A stretch of 61,503 nt of DNA, filler included, from Dugesia japonica (GCA_001938525.1; 5 parts of 5 records of this genome joined end to end with filler, not necessarily neighbours in it); one strand, 5' to 3'; shown: positions 33,272-48,828, numbered from the whole stretch's first letter. The notes: a model not told the origin generated them from the letters alone. Translations and numbers: made by a program.

Positions 33272-34599
33272 CTGAAATTGATAAAATTAAGAACTAAAAA
33301 ATCTTGTAAAGAATATTATAAATTTCATTTTTATGAAAAGAAGGTAATTATTTAATTGTTATCGATAATTATGCGATCAATTAGCACAGGGTGACAATTC
33401 TAAAGGTTATTATTTCTTATAAAAATAAATATTTAAATCTGAATCACTTTTAATGCGGATGTTTTAATGAGATTTTGAAGTAATGCAGTTCCTATTTATT
33501 CTAAATATATTTTTATTATGTAATATTTCCTAAATTTTTCACGGTAATTGAAGTCTATTTTTGTGCGATTGTTTATGTTTTTGTCTCATAAAGAGACCCA
33601 GATGTAATTTGAAATGAAAACAGAACAAATGATGAATAATTAAGATATAGAATTTATTATTTTAAATTTATTCGAGCAGTTCAAAATCAATGTGATAACC
33701 ATCTGCGTCAATTAGAATAGTCAATCTTTTTTGTAATTTCAACAACATTAAGCTACATTTGATTGATGATTTCAGAGAACACTTAAGTTATTCTTTCCTC
33801 CAACCCCTTAGACATTATGCTAACTATGCATTCATAAAAAGAAATCATAGTTGACCAGAAAGATTTGGAGATCCACGATCCACTCATCTTTCTGACAGGG
33901 TTTCATCTAATCATTTTATGAAATCGTGGCTAAAATGAGGAAGTGCGTAAATATAATGTCCTTATCCATTTCCTTCTCAATAAATCTGGGCCAAAAATAT
34001 TTTTCAGCATTTCCAGTATTTGCTAAAAAATGTATTTTCATCTCATCAATTTTATCAGATGATATTGTGAATTTTGGTCGTTCTCTTGTTTTGTCCAGTA
34101 CACTCCCATGACATTTCTATATCGTTAAGCAAAAGTTGTTGTAGAATGAGCACCAATATTCTTTTCAAATACCTAACTAGATAATCATAAACTTAAATAT
34201 AATTTCGATTGCATTCATACCAGCTGGTACATTTGGCTATTGATGAATAGTATATGTCATAGCTATCTAAAAAGTAAATTTGTTTATTGATATAATTTGT
34301 GAGATGCCAGTGTGAATTATATAATACTCCTATATTTATCTTTGTATATTTAAAAGTGTAAATTGATATAGGTGATAAGAGGTAAATCTATGATAAAATA
34401 TGAGTTTGTGTATAACTTGAAGTTCTCGAAATTATTGAATAATCGTTTCCTCAAAAGCTGTATATATTTATTATTGTGTCATTTTTGTGTTATTAATAGA
34501 CATTTTACGCTTAATACAATTTCTAAGTCTAACATATGTATTTTATATATACTTAAAATCAGTATTCAAGATAAAACAAAATTCATGAACACATTTCAC

Positions 34600-36752
34600 T
34601 ATAGTTCCTCTATCATTAAAAACCTTTACCGTTACCCGTAAAAATATTCCAGATTACCGGTAATGCAGTAATTTCGAAAAAAATAAACAAGGCAAAAACA
34701 AAGGACTCATGTCAGAAAATGATAAATAAAAAAACTATAAAGCACAATAAATATAATACAAATATAACAGCTGATTTCAATTGTTCTGTTATCACATGAA
34801 TTTTAAAAACATTCGTTTTTAAAATTTATTTTAAAATTTAAAATATTTGTTTTTCATTTTTGAATTCGTGTTATAATTTTTCTATTTTTTCCATTTCTAC
34901 AATTCAAATTAGACTTAAAATTATCAATACAATAAGATACAATTTTTCGTAAATAATTTAAAANNNNNNNNNNNNNNNNNNNNNNNNNNNNTAAAATTAA
35001 TATATTAAACAAAACTAAAATATGGGTTCCTCGACTATCTGGGAGCATTTTAAAATGCGAAAGGACAACAATATATAAGTTATGCAAAAAATGTATTAAA
35101 TGTGATGGTGGTTCATTAAGTGGGAAGATTGTGCACCTTAAACTTGTACATAAGATTTTGACAAAAACAACTAAAGAACAGAAGATAATGATTACTACTT
35201 CGACACTCTTGCTTTTACATTAAAAAAATAAAACATTAATATCCATGTACTTACAACGAGAAACATGAGAAGAGATAGTGTTTCAACTAGTTGCTTTAAA
35301 TGATTTTTTTATTATAACATAACAAACTCATCTATTAATCAACAAAATATTAGTAAAGTTGGTTACACTCCTCCAAAAGATTCTGCGGGCACTATGGAAT
35401 TAGTAAAACAATATTACAATCAAATGAAAATTAGAACTCGATGATCATGCGAAAATTAAAAATATATATTCGGCCACTACAAATAATGAGCATTCATTTT
35501 TTTCGTAAGATTGTGAGCCTTGCAGACCGTCATTACATATTTTTTATTATCGTCATTGAAAAAAAGACTTTTTGTAAGAGTAAATAAAAAACCGATTTGG
35601 CAAAGAACTTGAACTCAATATTGATATAAAGTTATGTTGGAACTCTAAAGATCCAATGATAGACAGATATTTAATGTAAAGGAAGAAGTAAAGGAGGCCC
35701 TGGGCTATTTTAATTTCCTTCGTCTGTTAGACCAAATAAGTGAGGAATATTTGGAAAAATTCAAAACAGTTAATTGCCGGTTCGAATAGCTGAAGAAGCC
35801 GTAGCGAGAAATAATGCTACGCTATTCATCGCGGAAAGGGTAAAAAAATATTTGTGGAACCTTGAAAAGAAATAACGATTCGACAATTTCCTTTAATTTT
35901 TAGTTTATTTGAAGAAAGAAATTGAAAAAGACGCAATGTTGAGTTCGTACAATTTTGATTCCATAAATACAAAATAAAGATGGCAATATTTATTAAATTC
36001 AAATTTCTGCTTTTCTATTAAAATATATTATTTAAACAAAATGAATTAGTTTAAAGTATATTTTTAATTTAAAATGTAATATGATTAAAAGTCATATTAC
36101 TCGCAATATCAAATAATTCACTAATACAATATATGATTAGTCCAAAAAAATTAATGAAACACAATTTTCAATTTGATTACTGTTTTAAGAGCTCAACTCA
36201 GGAATTTAGAAAACAACTAATTGAAAGATTATTCCAACTAGCTAAGCAAGAAGAATGAGATTCAGAAAAAAATGATGAGCCTGAACTTTAAAATACAGAC
36301 TTGAAATCCCAGTGTCAAAACGCTATTTCGTCAGGTATTTCAATTTTCACTAATGCGGCGGGATTGTTATCATCAATACACAAAGAATTATTTTTTTAAG
36401 TATCCGAGGAAAAAAGATATTCTCCAAATATTATTCGAAGCTATTCTAACCACAAAGGTAACATCTACCGATAACGATATAACTTTTTTTCAATAGGAAG
36501 CCGAATTTACACTAAAATAAGAACTAAATTATCTGCACATCATCATTTTACGTAAAAAGTTTTTAAAATTTTCAATTCAAATTAATAGTAGAAACTAAAT
36601 TTATTTATTTGTTCTTTTTTATCTATTAAATACACATGTTAATTTTTTTTTAAATAAAAGCCTTAATTTATTTAACCTCCGAAAAACAAATTGTTATCGG
36701 AATTTGCCGGTTTACCCGGTAATGAAAAACAATTGGTAATCGAGGAACTATA
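34600..36752 (+). mobile_element. Decayed hAT DNA transposon
   Basis: TIR TATAGTTCCTC/GAGGAACTATA; 8-bp TSD CATTTCAC/CATATCAC; transposase relics (LELNIDIKLCWNS..MIDRYL; KVTSTD..TKIRTKLS). Confidence 0.85.
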
Positions 36753-36829
36753 CATATCACATAAATCATTGGATAAACTAATTGGAAATAATAACCTTTA
36801 GCTGTGTTACCCGGCATTCAACATAAATG

Positions 36830-37498
36830 AAAATAAACACCAATTGAATTACTAATACCAATAACAGATGCAAACCAGTAAGTAGAAGGTTCCAGTTCTT
36901 GGATAATTATTTTTTAAAACTGACTTGCGCAGTTTAATTTGATTTCGAAATACCGCCAATAACAATGAATAAGCAAATATTTCAATCAAAACGGAAATAT
37001 TAATAATTTAAAGGTAACCAAGAAAATTTTCAGATAACTACAGATTAATATGAACCTGGTTAATAAACAAAGATTTCAAGAACATTTCATAAAAATATGG
37101 AATCAATTCATAACTTGTTTAAACCCTTCAACTTCATACCTTTGTGAACTAGGGTTTTCCACGTTAACTAACATAAAAACTAAAAAAAGAGAATAATAAA
37201 TTTAGAAGAAGAGATGAGGGTGGCCTTGTCTTGCATACGTTCCAACATAGAAAANNNNNNNNNNNNNNNNNNNNNNNNNNNNNNNNNNNNNNNNNNNNNN
37301 NNNNNNNNNNNNNNNNNNNNCTGTAAAATGTCATTAATAAATATAAGAAAATATTGTTTTGAAATTTTATATTATTTTGCGATGTAAGTTGGGCGTAATA
37401 ATATGTTTACAAGGTGATGTCATAATGTCTATAGGTGTTCCGCAAAATTTTCCTGTAATCAAAAGTGTTTCGCGAATTCAGAATGGTTGGAAACACTG
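36830..37498 (+). mobile_element. hAT Buster/Charlie-type 3' remnant
   Basis: STSYLCELGFSTLTNIKTKKR..LEEEMRVALS; terminus GGTTGGAAACACTG. Confidence 0.8.
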
Positions 37499-38129
37499 TA
37501 CTAGGGTAATAGAGGAGGGTTTGTAAGTGAAATTTAAGTAGTTTAAAAATTCCATAATGGTCTGAAGAAAATATACTAAATTTATATTAACCTTTATAAC
37601 TCGAGCGTTCCGATAAATTCACATACAGACTAAGAAAATTATGTATTTATATTTTTTATTCTTTTGCTTCATTACTTCTGAAACGATTAAAGTTTCCAAC
37701 ATTTTTAATTTCTACATATTTGTAACAGAATAATATAAAATTCCATTCAATTTCAAATTTTACTAAATATGAAGTTTTATTTTATGCTCAACTTTAATTT
37801 CTTAAAGTAACTAAATAATATTTGCAATTGATAAATTTTAGAGATATTTCCATAAATACCACATAAAAAACTAAAATAATTCTAAAAACTCCACATTTTT
37901 AAAAAAAAGTTCCAAAAGTACCTTAAAAATATTAAAATAATTCCAAAATACTACATAATTTTCGTAACGCCATTTTTTATTAAAATAAATAAAACTAGAT
38001 ATTTTCCAGGCTCTGGAATCATTCATTAACTTTATTTCTCAGCATTTTCGTCAAAATAAAACATTTCGAAGAATATAATAAATATCTTCCAGTTAGAACA
38101 ACATTTAAGATAAATTNTTCATATGAATG

Positions 38130-38560
38130 ATGTAGTTATCTACAAGTTGTCCAATCACAATTTCAACTGAATATCAAGTAAAAGATTCTGCCGGATCTCC
38201 CCTAAGAAGAATTGTAAAGATATCCAAAAAATCATGTTCTTGCAATTATCCGAAAGAATTTAGTATTCCGTGTATGAATCAATGTAGTGTTCTTTTATTT
38301 TGAAAAGCGTCTCTGAGGATTTTTTTGTGGCGAGAAGCACTTATTTAGTCATACAAAAAGCAAATTTATCAGGGGTCATGTATTTGTTTGATATTTCAAC
38401 TCTTGAAGAAACAGAAACGCTTGAAACCCTTAAAGAAATTCGCCGTGGCAGACCAAAGAATAAAAGAATCTGGGATTCAGAAAAGTCTACAAAATTTGCA
38501 ATTAAATGCGAAAATTATGGACAAAATGGGCATAACAGATACAAAAAAAATTTTATTTTC
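38130..38560 (+). pseudogene. MULE/Mutator transposase C-terminal remnant
   Basis: SWIM-like SCSCNYPKEFSIPC, RRGRPKNKRI and knuckle-like KCENYGQNGHN. Confidence 0.7.
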
Positions 38561-40979
38561 TGAATTATTTCGGTATAAAGAACATTGCGAGGATTAAATT
38601 GTCTGGCATCATTTAGTAGCAGTGTTGTAATTCAAACCAAAAGCAGCCACAGTTAATCGGATCTACTTCTTCACCCAAAACTAATTCAAATATCTGTTAA
38701 CTGTTATAGTATGTTAGTTTGCTAATTCCAGCACAATTATACAAATTATTATTGACTTTTCTACTTCTAGACTTTTCTTTTCTAGATTATCTTAAATATA
38801 TCAACTTAAATATCAGCGTTCCGGAGTGAGTGAATTGAATTATTCGGCAAAATGGGATGTTTATTAACAATTTTTTCTTGATAAACACTCTAATGTTTTC
38901 ATGATTTCTACAGCGAGTAAGTGCAACGTGAACTATTTTGGCTATTTGCGAAAATTTCTTCAATCAAATACTCGCCAACTTTATCAAATGATTGGCTTTG
39001 GAACTTATTAATGGTCATAGAGAATGCCAAGACCAATGGAAAATTTAAAGCTTAAAATATTTTTCATTAAAATAAGGAAAAAGCTTCTATCAAATATAAA
39101 TTTTTTATCGAAGCTTTTTCTTTATTTTAATGAAGTCTCAAATGCGATCAATGGTTATGTCCAACAATTTTTTTTCGGGATAATTCTAATTGTAAAATAT
39201 TTTGTTTAACTGAAGCGTTCCAGAATGAGTCAGTGAGTGAATTGGGTAATTATTATATTATATTTTATTTTAAAATTTGAATTTCCAACCAAACTTGTAA
39301 NNNNNNNNNNNNNNNNNNNNNNNNNNNNNNNNNNNNNNNNNNNNTTAATTAATTAANNNNNNNNNNNNNNNNNNNNNNNNNNNNNNNNNNNNNNNNNNNN
39401 GAAAGGTTCTCATAAAATGCAGACACAATTTGGATTTTGTGAATTTTTAATAAAAATATTGTATAGATCGACACAAGTCTCTTAATAACTTTATTAGTCT
39501 TCTAATTCAAATTCATCCGATTCTTTGGAAACACCAATTGCTGGATCAGATAATTTCCTTAGTAAATATTTTTAATTAAAAATGCTCCGTACACATCATG
39601 CTTAATTTTAGTTGACATGATATTTTTGGATAAATCGAATCAAAATTATAGCCAAACATTCCTTTTGATCACCAGATCATTGGACCTAAAATATGGTTCA
39701 GATACACTTTTGCTTGAAACGACTATGTACATTGTGAGGATATTTTATATTTATTATAAATCATTATTAAAATTGCATGTTGCATAATTTATATTTGACC
39801 ATGAGTTAAAATATTCTGTATGTTGCATAGCAGGTCAATGTTGCTGATTGATGTATGTTGATTGATTAAATCATAATTACTTATATATTTATTCCTCCTT
39901 TTTAGATTGTCATTTAATAAATATTATGNNNNNNNNNNNNNNNNNNNNNNNNNNNNNNNNNNNNNNNNNNNNNNNNNNNNNNNNNNNNNNNNNNNNNNNN
40001 NNNNNNNNNNNNNNNNNNNNNNNNNNNNNNNNNNNNNNNNNNNNNNNNNNTTACAATGACTCAAGTTCCTGTTCAAAGAACATTTATAAAAGCATTTCTT
40101 TCCTCAGATGCTGTTCAAAGATATGAATCCGTATATAATTCAATTGGAGATTATGCCCAATGATGCAGAAAAGCTTTTGAAGAACCAGCAAATATCGCTA
40201 AATATTTATTATCCGCATTAAGTTATCGAAAAGGAAATGAATCCATAAATTGTTTTTTCAACAAAATTGATCGTCTTGCAGAGAATATAATCAGACATAA
40301 CTTGACAAAGGAAAATCTCGTCAGTTTTCTTGTGCAAAATGCTATTGAGTATATGGATGTTAAAAAACAAATAAAAATTTGAGAGTCAAGAACAAATGAA
40401 GAAATGAAAGACATTATTTCAAAAATGGACATTATCAAGAAGGAGCTTAATCTAGAAGTCAATGTTGCAATGCAACAACTGCCAAATTTAATGATTTTCA
40501 GCCTAATCGCCCAGTCACATTTAATAGGAATAATTTAGTGTAAAACAACAGAAACCGATATTTGAATTCCAGAAGATATGTAAATCCAAATGCATCTATT
40601 AATCGTTTTGACGGAAGAAAATTTAAGAGAACGAAAATTNNNNNNNNNNNNNNNNNNNNNNNNNNNNNNNNNNNNNNNNNNNNNNNNNNNNNNNNNNNNN
40701 NNNNNNNNNNNNNNNNNNNNNNNNNNNNNNNNNNNNNNNNNNNNNATCAATGCTACAAGACTCGGGATATGAAAAGAGATTATCGTCAACACAATGTTGC
40801 TGCATACGATAAACATTCAGCTGATTTAATGACAGGTTATGACAGAACTATGACAGATCAATTCCCAAAATGCCAAAGCCCTTCCAAGAGAAGAAGTTGT
40901 CGGGGTGATTCATTAAAAATGTAAGATTGGATTTGAGCAATAATTGTATGATTGATAATGATTGTAAATGAGCAATATT

Positions 40980-41460
40980 GAATATATTTCTTAAACTTGA
41001 AATGAACTACTTCAGCTGGAACAGTACTTGGATCTTTAGAGTAATAAATATCATTACCGGCATTTGATTTATATTCCAACTAAAATAACTTTCCTCATAC
41101 AAAACAAATTTTTCTCCTGAAATTTTTCGTCCTTCAACAACAGCTTCTTTTCAAGTGTAATATTTCCGATTTGGTGTATGCTGATGACTTATGCTTCTTC
41201 CTGACTTTAATGCCAACTTTTTTCAATGATTTAGAAATATATTGTTGTGTGCAATACAAACTTTTTATTGCATCATTTTGACTCATTCTGTCATCATTGT
41301 TAAGCTTTTTTTGTCATAATCTTTGGTATTTTGCCAGATCCTGGTTTGTGCTTAACTTGTGGACACTTTAAAATATTCACAGTGAACTTTTCAAAATGAG
41401 TATATTTCTGATTAAATTGTATAATACGATCTCTAAGTATTTCCTGCTTCGACGTCATTT
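40980..41460 (-). pseudogene. Tc1/mariner-superfamily transposase remnant
   Basis: KPGSGK..; FVLYEESYF..GNDIYYSKDPSTVPAEV..KFKK. Confidence 0.6.
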
Positions 41461-44400
41461 CTGAAAACATACATACCAGCCACTGATTGGTTTCAAACAT
41501 TATTGAATTTCGTTATTTTTTAGAAATTTCATTTACGTTCAAATGTATTTTCTAATGTACTTTAATGAGAATTTTTTGAAATTTTATTTAAAAACTATTC
41601 AAAGGACTTAATAAATTGAAAAATATGTTTTGCATATCTATCAATCAAGTTAAACGTAATTTCAATATGATATATTGTAAAAGCCCGTTTGTTTGAATTA
41701 TTTGTTTACTTTTTCAGGACCGTGATTATGAGAATACATGTATTAAAGATAGGGACATTTTAATTATCTTATAGATAATGCAAAATTGTCAGTTAGAATG
41801 GCTCAAGTTTATTTAAAAAAATATCTTATAAATAAACTTGAATGTTTGTTTTCGAAATTATATTGGGCGAGGATAAAACTGTTATCTAATGAAATATAAG
41901 AAGTGATGAGTCAAAATTAAACCATAATAAAAAGTTCATTAAAATAAAAGCTTCGATAAAAATTGGTTTTTTTTGGTTTTTGATAATAATTCGAATTATT
42001 ATCAAAAACCAAACAACAAATTTTGATCGAAGCTTGTATTTTTATGTATTCTGAAAAACGACCAATGGTTACGTCCAACAATTATTCTCGCAATAATTGC
42101 AATTGTAAAATAATAAAAAGTCATNNNNNNNNNNNNNNNNNNNNNNNNNNNNNNNNNNNNNNNNNNNNNNNNNNNNNNNNNNNNNNNNNNNNNNNNNNNN
42201 NNNNNNNNNNNNNNNNNNNNNNNNNNNNNNNNNNNNNNNNNNNNNNNNNNNNNNNNNNNNNNNNNNNNNNNNNNNNNNNNNNNNNNNNNNTATATGTGAC
42301 ACTTTAACAATCTTATTTATAATTGTGATATTTTTAATATTACTTAATCTTACCTCTCTGTCTCTCTTTGTTATTCTACCCTTTCTACGGGTTCGATGAC
42401 TGATCCCTCGTCATTATGTAAATTTATTGTGAAAAAAATATAATTTTGTTTATAGTTATGTGGGCATGTCTTATATATTAAGTGAGATCTCCGGGATTTT
42501 TCTATTTGCTAAATAAAGCTTGAATATACTTTATAATGGAGAAATAAACACCAAATGTTATGTTTAGTTGTCTTTCAATGAAAGGTTTTTTTTACTAATT
42601 TCTGTTTCTAAATGAATGTATTTGAATTGGTCAACTGTCATATAATTCTGAATTGAATCTGAAAAATTAATTAAATCATTTATCCAACAGAATTTAAAAA
42701 CAATCAAAAGAAGTCCATAAACTGAAATGTTAGTGAAGAATAATCAAAGGGAAATGAAAACACGCCGGGTATTTTAGCAAGTTATAAATAAAATAAAAAA
42801 TTTATAATAACATTTTTATTAAAATTTTGTTTTGGAAATTAATGATGGTTTTAACATATCTAATGACATTTAAATTATGCATTTTATTTTGGTATTTATA
42901 GTCAATAAATTGTATCTAACAAAATAAATAAACCATATCAGAAAATGACAATACACTACATACAAAATAATAAGTCAGTAGTTCTTAACCTTTTAATCTA
43001 AAATCACATTTTTGAACAGCGGAGTTCTCAAAATTTAAAGTTAATTTATATAAGGATAATATTAATCAATAAAAATTGTTTAAAAGCGTAATTTTAAATG
43101 TTGAACAAAATTTACATTTACATCTTACTAAATGAATATCGATTAATACGACATATGCTTTTAACACATTTTTACTAAATAATATCATCTGAGAATTCAA
43201 TGAGATTTTCGATACGTGTTATCATCGGACATTTCTGGTAATTAAGTAAACGTGATAAAATTCTACGGCATAAAGAATCACCCAAATGCTTATCAGCAAG
43301 TTGTGATTGATATTTTGATTTTATTATATAGGACCAGTTTTTTAAAAATTACGCGGAATTTTGATCAAAAAGGGGGTATTGATAGAAGGAAAAGTTGTTA
43401 AATATTTAAAGGCATCCAATAAAGGTCTTGAAACTTGTTACTTTCCGATATAGAACTTAAATTACCTTTTCAGCAATAAACTCTATTTCTGAAATACTTA
43501 CTTAATATGATAGTTAAAAAAAGTTTTTTTGCATTAACAAAATATGTCAAAAAGGGCATAGTTATCGAGAAATTACTTAATTTTCACAGGGGACATATAT
43601 TAATTGAAGTAGTGAAAATAGATATAATTAAGAGTGTAAGAATTAGAGCGGAGATACTAGCTTCAAATAAAGGAATGCAATTGATTTCTCACAAGTTGAT
43701 AAAAAATATTCCTAAATAAATATAATGAAATTATATCAAAATTTTTATTTTCAAATATAAAATTTAATTAAATCAAACTAAAAACAAACAGTGATAATAG
43801 TACATAGACGTTACTTTATAGTGAATTTTTGGTTTTAATTTTACTGATTTTTACAAAACGTTGTTTAAATTGACTTATTTTTATGAAATTTTTGTTTAAA
43901 TGAAGTGGAATTTATGTTGTCATATTTGACGTGGAATTTCCCTGAAGATATTAATATTAGTTGCTCCCCGGGCAATATTAATGTGAATATTAGTTGATCC
44001 ATCGTTAGACATTAATATTAAAATGTTCTAGAATAATAAAAACATATGCAGTAAATAACAAAACAGCTGTTATCTATACTATATACTGTGTTGTGTTATG
44101 CGGTGTACCGTACTTTACTATATTATATTATAACAGAATGGTACTTGTATATAGACTGTACTAGTATAATCACACATTACACAGGAATTTTATAGTTTAC
44201 ATTATACATGACATATTACACATCACAATAGACATTGCAAAGCAGAATGACACAGCACAGTAGAAACAATACATAATACAGCACATGACTCATCCTCAAA
44301 ATTCTATAGTGCTCTATAGTACTATTATNNNNNNNNNNNNNNNNNNNNNNNNNNNNNNNNNNNNNNNNNNNNNNNNNNNNNNNNNNNNNNNNNNNNNNNN

Positions 44401-45187
44401 NNNNNNNNNNNNNNNNNNNNNNNNNNNNNNNNNNNNNNNNNNNNNNNNNNNNNNNNNNNNNNNNNNNNNNNNNNNNNNNNNNNNNNNNNNNNNNNNGCTG
44501 ACGTTTACGTAATTTATGAGAATTTTTAATGACCTCTATGTAATTAAAAAACTATTTTATGTCTTGTAAATATTTGAAAACTTTTAGTTACTTCTTTGTA
44601 CTTTGAATTATTTTTTCTATTTTATTACGTGTGATTTTTAAAATTTTATCTACTTCTATGTAATTTTTAAAATTTTTTATGATTTCTATGTCATGTTTGA
44701 AAACTTTTATTTATTTTATGTACTTTACATGAATAGAATTAACTGCAATGAATCATTACTGTATTTTCAAAGAAGGCTTTCATAAGTCTGTTGTTTTAAT
44801 GAGTTTTAATAAGTGTACAGGATTTTTGACTGTACTGGGTTTCACGATTGCATAGGGTTTAATGTTTGTATTGGTTTAATAAGTGTACGGAGTTTAAAGA
44901 AAGTATTACTTTTTTCAAACTTTTATCAACTTCTAGTAAATTTTTGAAATATTTCATCAAGATCTATTAAATCTTTAAACTTATATGATGTTGACTTATA
45001 ATTTTTATCTATTGATTTACAATTCAGTGTGATGCAGAAACTCCAATTTCTCGACATCTCAAATACTTGAATATCGAGTAGTATGATTTTAAAATACTCG
45101 ATTACTCAAGTGATTTTAGATGTACCAAAATTGCTATCAATAATTAAAATTTTTCTGTATAAATACATGATAAATAAAAAACATTTA

Positions 45188-45423
45188 CAACTAGACCTCG
45201 CTTTGCGTCGATTCAGTTTGCGTTTTTTCTAACATGCGTCGTACTCGAATTAATACTAATTTTCACTCTGAACCGCTATATTTNCGAAGATGCGTCGTTA
45301 AATTTTTGATTTTCTTCATTATTTACATAGATTCTCCAATTAAATTCCAATTTGTTTTGTATTGTTTCAGTCTGCGTCACAAAATTTAGGAACGTATCTA
45401 CGACGCAATGTGGGATCTAGGTG
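45188..45423. mobile_element. MITE with ~23-bp imperfect TIRs and TA flanks
   Basis: CAACTAGACCTCGCTTTGCGTCG / CGACGCAATGTGGGATCTAGGTG. Confidence 0.65.
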
Positions 45424-46877
45424 TAAGCTTATTTAATTTCATTAATTTCTTTCATTTTAAAAATAATAGAGAATTTCAAATTGGTACGTAGTTTTGTTTT
45501 TATAACCCCCANNNNNNNNNNNNNNNNNNNNNNNNNNNNNNNNNNNNNNNNNNNNNNNNNNNNNNNNNNNNNNNNNNNNNNNNNNNNNNNNNNNNNNNNN
45601 NNNNNATTATAGCTTATTAAAATCTTTTAAATTTTGGCCACAATCATTTTTATGGGATGTATTTGGTTTCTGGCCTATCTATGAAATGGAAATTTCAACT
45701 CTTGTTTTATAGGATCAGGGTTTGATGCAATTAATATGCAATATGTGTCTTCCGATTCCTGCGATGCATATAAAGTAATTGATGCAACGTTGTGAAAAAA
45801 GTTTACGAGTATTATTATATTACTCGACTAGTATATTCGAATTAGAGTCTTTAGTGATCATATTTATATTTCAGCTGCATTTATTTTTTCGCTGATTTTT
45901 TTTAGATATAGTTCACTTAAATTTTTTAACACTAATTGAAATCCTAACTTATCAGCTATTTCAAAGTTTTTCATTTTAGGTTAGTTTTGTTTATTTTCAG
46001 TATGTTTACTGCAATATATTTTTGTGGTTTCAATTAATTGTTTGCGTCCAATTTTTATTTAGATATAATATTTGATTTTTGTGATTCTTTCAAATGTAAT
46101 TATATATTTTATAAGTCTAATAATGTATGTCTAAGTTTAAATCTGTAATGGCCCAATTTGGCCAATTATAAATAGGTGTTAAATCTATTAATTTGTAAGT
46201 TTAATAATGGGAGTAAAATTGAATGTTTACATAGTACTTTCGTGTTAAACTTACATGCATTTTTTACTAAAAAACTTATACGTTTAATATCACGCTGCGT
46301 TTTATTCTTTGAATTTAGTAATTGATTTCGTTCTTGACTCCCCAATTTGTTAATTTTCTAAGAATCTTTGAGAAACAATATCGTTTTTAAGCATGTTATG
46401 CTAATTTTTTAGATTATAATGTCTAGCTAAGTATTCTAATTGTTGATATTGAAATGTATAATTTCATTAATTTTTGTTGAATTTGAATTTAGATTATTTC
46501 AGTCAACTTATTCTCTTCAGTTCGAAATTTTCTAGTCCATTTTTTTTTATTTCTAACAGCGGTATTTAAGTTTGTTAATTTTCTGTCTGTTTAAAAAAAG
46601 TTAACAATTGTCATCATTGTTTTTTACTTATTTGTGTTCTTTTCTGGTTTTATGAAATTAATTAAACTTACTTCCAGTATTTGTGCTTCTGCTAAACGTT
46701 CTGTAAAATAATTCTTCGTGTCCTTGCATTGTGAGAATCGATCATATCATTTCAAAAGCTAAAAGTGATTTTTTAATTTTTTTCTAGAAACCGTTAGATA
46801 TAAAAAGAATTAATAATAAATAATTTAATTTTTTAATTATTTATAAATGCTTAGTCTTTAGGTATTATTTTTTGTAG

Positions 46878-47750
46878 GCGTGTTTGAATCCGAAGATGTC
46901 ATTCACGTTGAAGGTGATGTGAATCCTATTAGAGATCTTGACATAATCACTGAGGAATTGAGATTAAAAGATCAAGAATATATTTTGAAAGAAGTTGATA
47001 AAATGGAAAAGGCGTATTCCCGAGGTGGAGATAAAAAATTAAAACCAGAGTTGGACACAATGCTCAAAGTGCGAAAATTGGTATGTGAAGATAAACGACC
47101 AGTAAGATTTGGTGATTGGGTTCCCAATGATATTGAGGTTCTCAATCGCCATTTGTTTATTACTGCAAAGCCGAGTATCTATCTCATCAACATGTCTGAA
47201 ACCGGCTATGTAAAAAAGAAGAACAAATGGCTACCAAAAATCAAATCCTGGGTCGATGAGTTTGATCCGGGGTCTGCTATTATTCCATTTTCGGCAGACC
47301 TCGAATTGAAATTTCAAAATCTTAATCAAGAACAAATCGACCAATATGTTAAAGAAAATGGCACTGAATCTGCCTTGCCAAAAATTATTAAGATTGGTTA
47401 CAAAGCATTGCAGTTGCAATACTTTTTCACTTGTGGTAAAGATGAAGTGAAAGCTTGGACTATACAAAGTGGAACGAAAGCTCCCCAAGCTGCTGGGAAA
47501 ATACATACTGATATGGAAAAAGGTTTTATCATGGCCGAAGTAATGAATTATGAAGATTTCAAAACAGAAGGTTCGGAAAATGCCGTCAAGGTAGTATAAA
47601 AGAATATTTGGATTTATTCAAATTAACATTGTTTATTTATACTAGGCTGTGGGGAAATACAAACAAAGAGGTAGAGACTACATAGTTGAAGATGGTGACA
47701 TCATTTTCTTTAAGTTTAACGCTGGCGCTGGATTAACAAAGAAGAAATAA
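46878..47750 (+). CDS. OLA1: Obg-like ATPase 1 (YchF), last two exons 46878-47590 and 47646-47750
   Basis: [45 protein letters not shown] | [23 protein letters not shown]; 55-bp GT-AG intron; AATAAA at 47769; 5' exons not found. Confidence 0.97.
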
Positions 47751-48599
47751 TTATTTAATTAACTTTGAAATAAATGTTTATTATTTTGGAATTTTTTGCG
47801 TTTTGTTTTTTCTTTTTACAATATTTTATTTTGTCGTTTGTTAATGTTTACTACATTTATTTAGGATTTTTTTAAATTTAATTTATTAATTAAATTATTT
47901 ATTTATTAATTTTTCAAAGCACATTCTCGTTCATTGGTCGCCAATCTGTGGTTCGCAAGAAACTTTCGATAAAAATGTCATTTAAATCGTTTTGATCCAG
48001 TCTATATTTTTGAAAGATACTGTTATAATCGCGACAAAAAACTGTACTTTTCACTGGATAATTCTGTAAAGATTCCATAATTTCGGGTGCTTTCAATTAA
48101 ATAATTACTAATCAATTATCACCAAATATTATATCATTGGTCCGTTGAATTATAAATTATTATTTTAGAGATCCATGAAATCCCACTGCTCTACTCATTC
48201 ATTTTGTCGTAGTTTTAATGATTAAATTTCTGTTAAAAATCTTTGAACGTTTTCTAACAAAATTTTGATAAAAAGATTTTAGCAATAGAAACAAGAGATT
48301 CTGAATATCACAATTACAGATCTATTATAATATTTTATTCAAAAGCAACTTTAAAAACAAGATAGAAATTAGTCATCGATTAGTTAGTCTACTAGTGTTT
48401 TATTTGAACTGAGTAAGGGTTACCAACACGATCATTTTGACAAAATTTCAATCAATTATTCTTTTTTCATGAAAAATGATACAAAAAAGTTTTCTCGAAT
48501 CATTTCAACTACCCTACTAAATGTTTTGTTGCATTTATTGTCCAGCTACATAAAACAATATAAATACTCATCTAAAAGAATTCCCGATCAGAATTGTTT

Positions 48600-48828
48600 T
48601 TTGATACTAGGGGCAATAAACAAATGTGGCCCCTTTCCTTCACAGTGATGCTTAACCCCTTTCTTATCGCTCCGAATTGTCTTTCAATCTGTTCATTCGA
48701 ATTATGATGATGCAAACTCAAAGATACTAATGAAATACTCAAACACTCTGCAAACCGATTTATATACTCTTCCACGATTAATACGGATCACCTTAGACAA
48801 CCAAATCTTAAAATCCACTGTTCCAAAA
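48600..48828 (-). pseudogene. Gypsy integrase core fragment
   Basis: LEQWILRFG..HHHNSNEQIERQFGAIR. Confidence 0.6.

Noticed and set aside
33700-34270. Coding-like decayed stretch on the minus strand
   Set aside because: Multiple stops and no motif I can assign.
40051-40924. Possible non-LTR ORF1 or gag remnant
   Set aside because: Only vague Cys/His spacing, broken by gaps.
39401-46877. 5' exons of OLA1
   Set aside because: No GxxNxGKS or DIAG-coding exon found; probably in gaps or off-contig.
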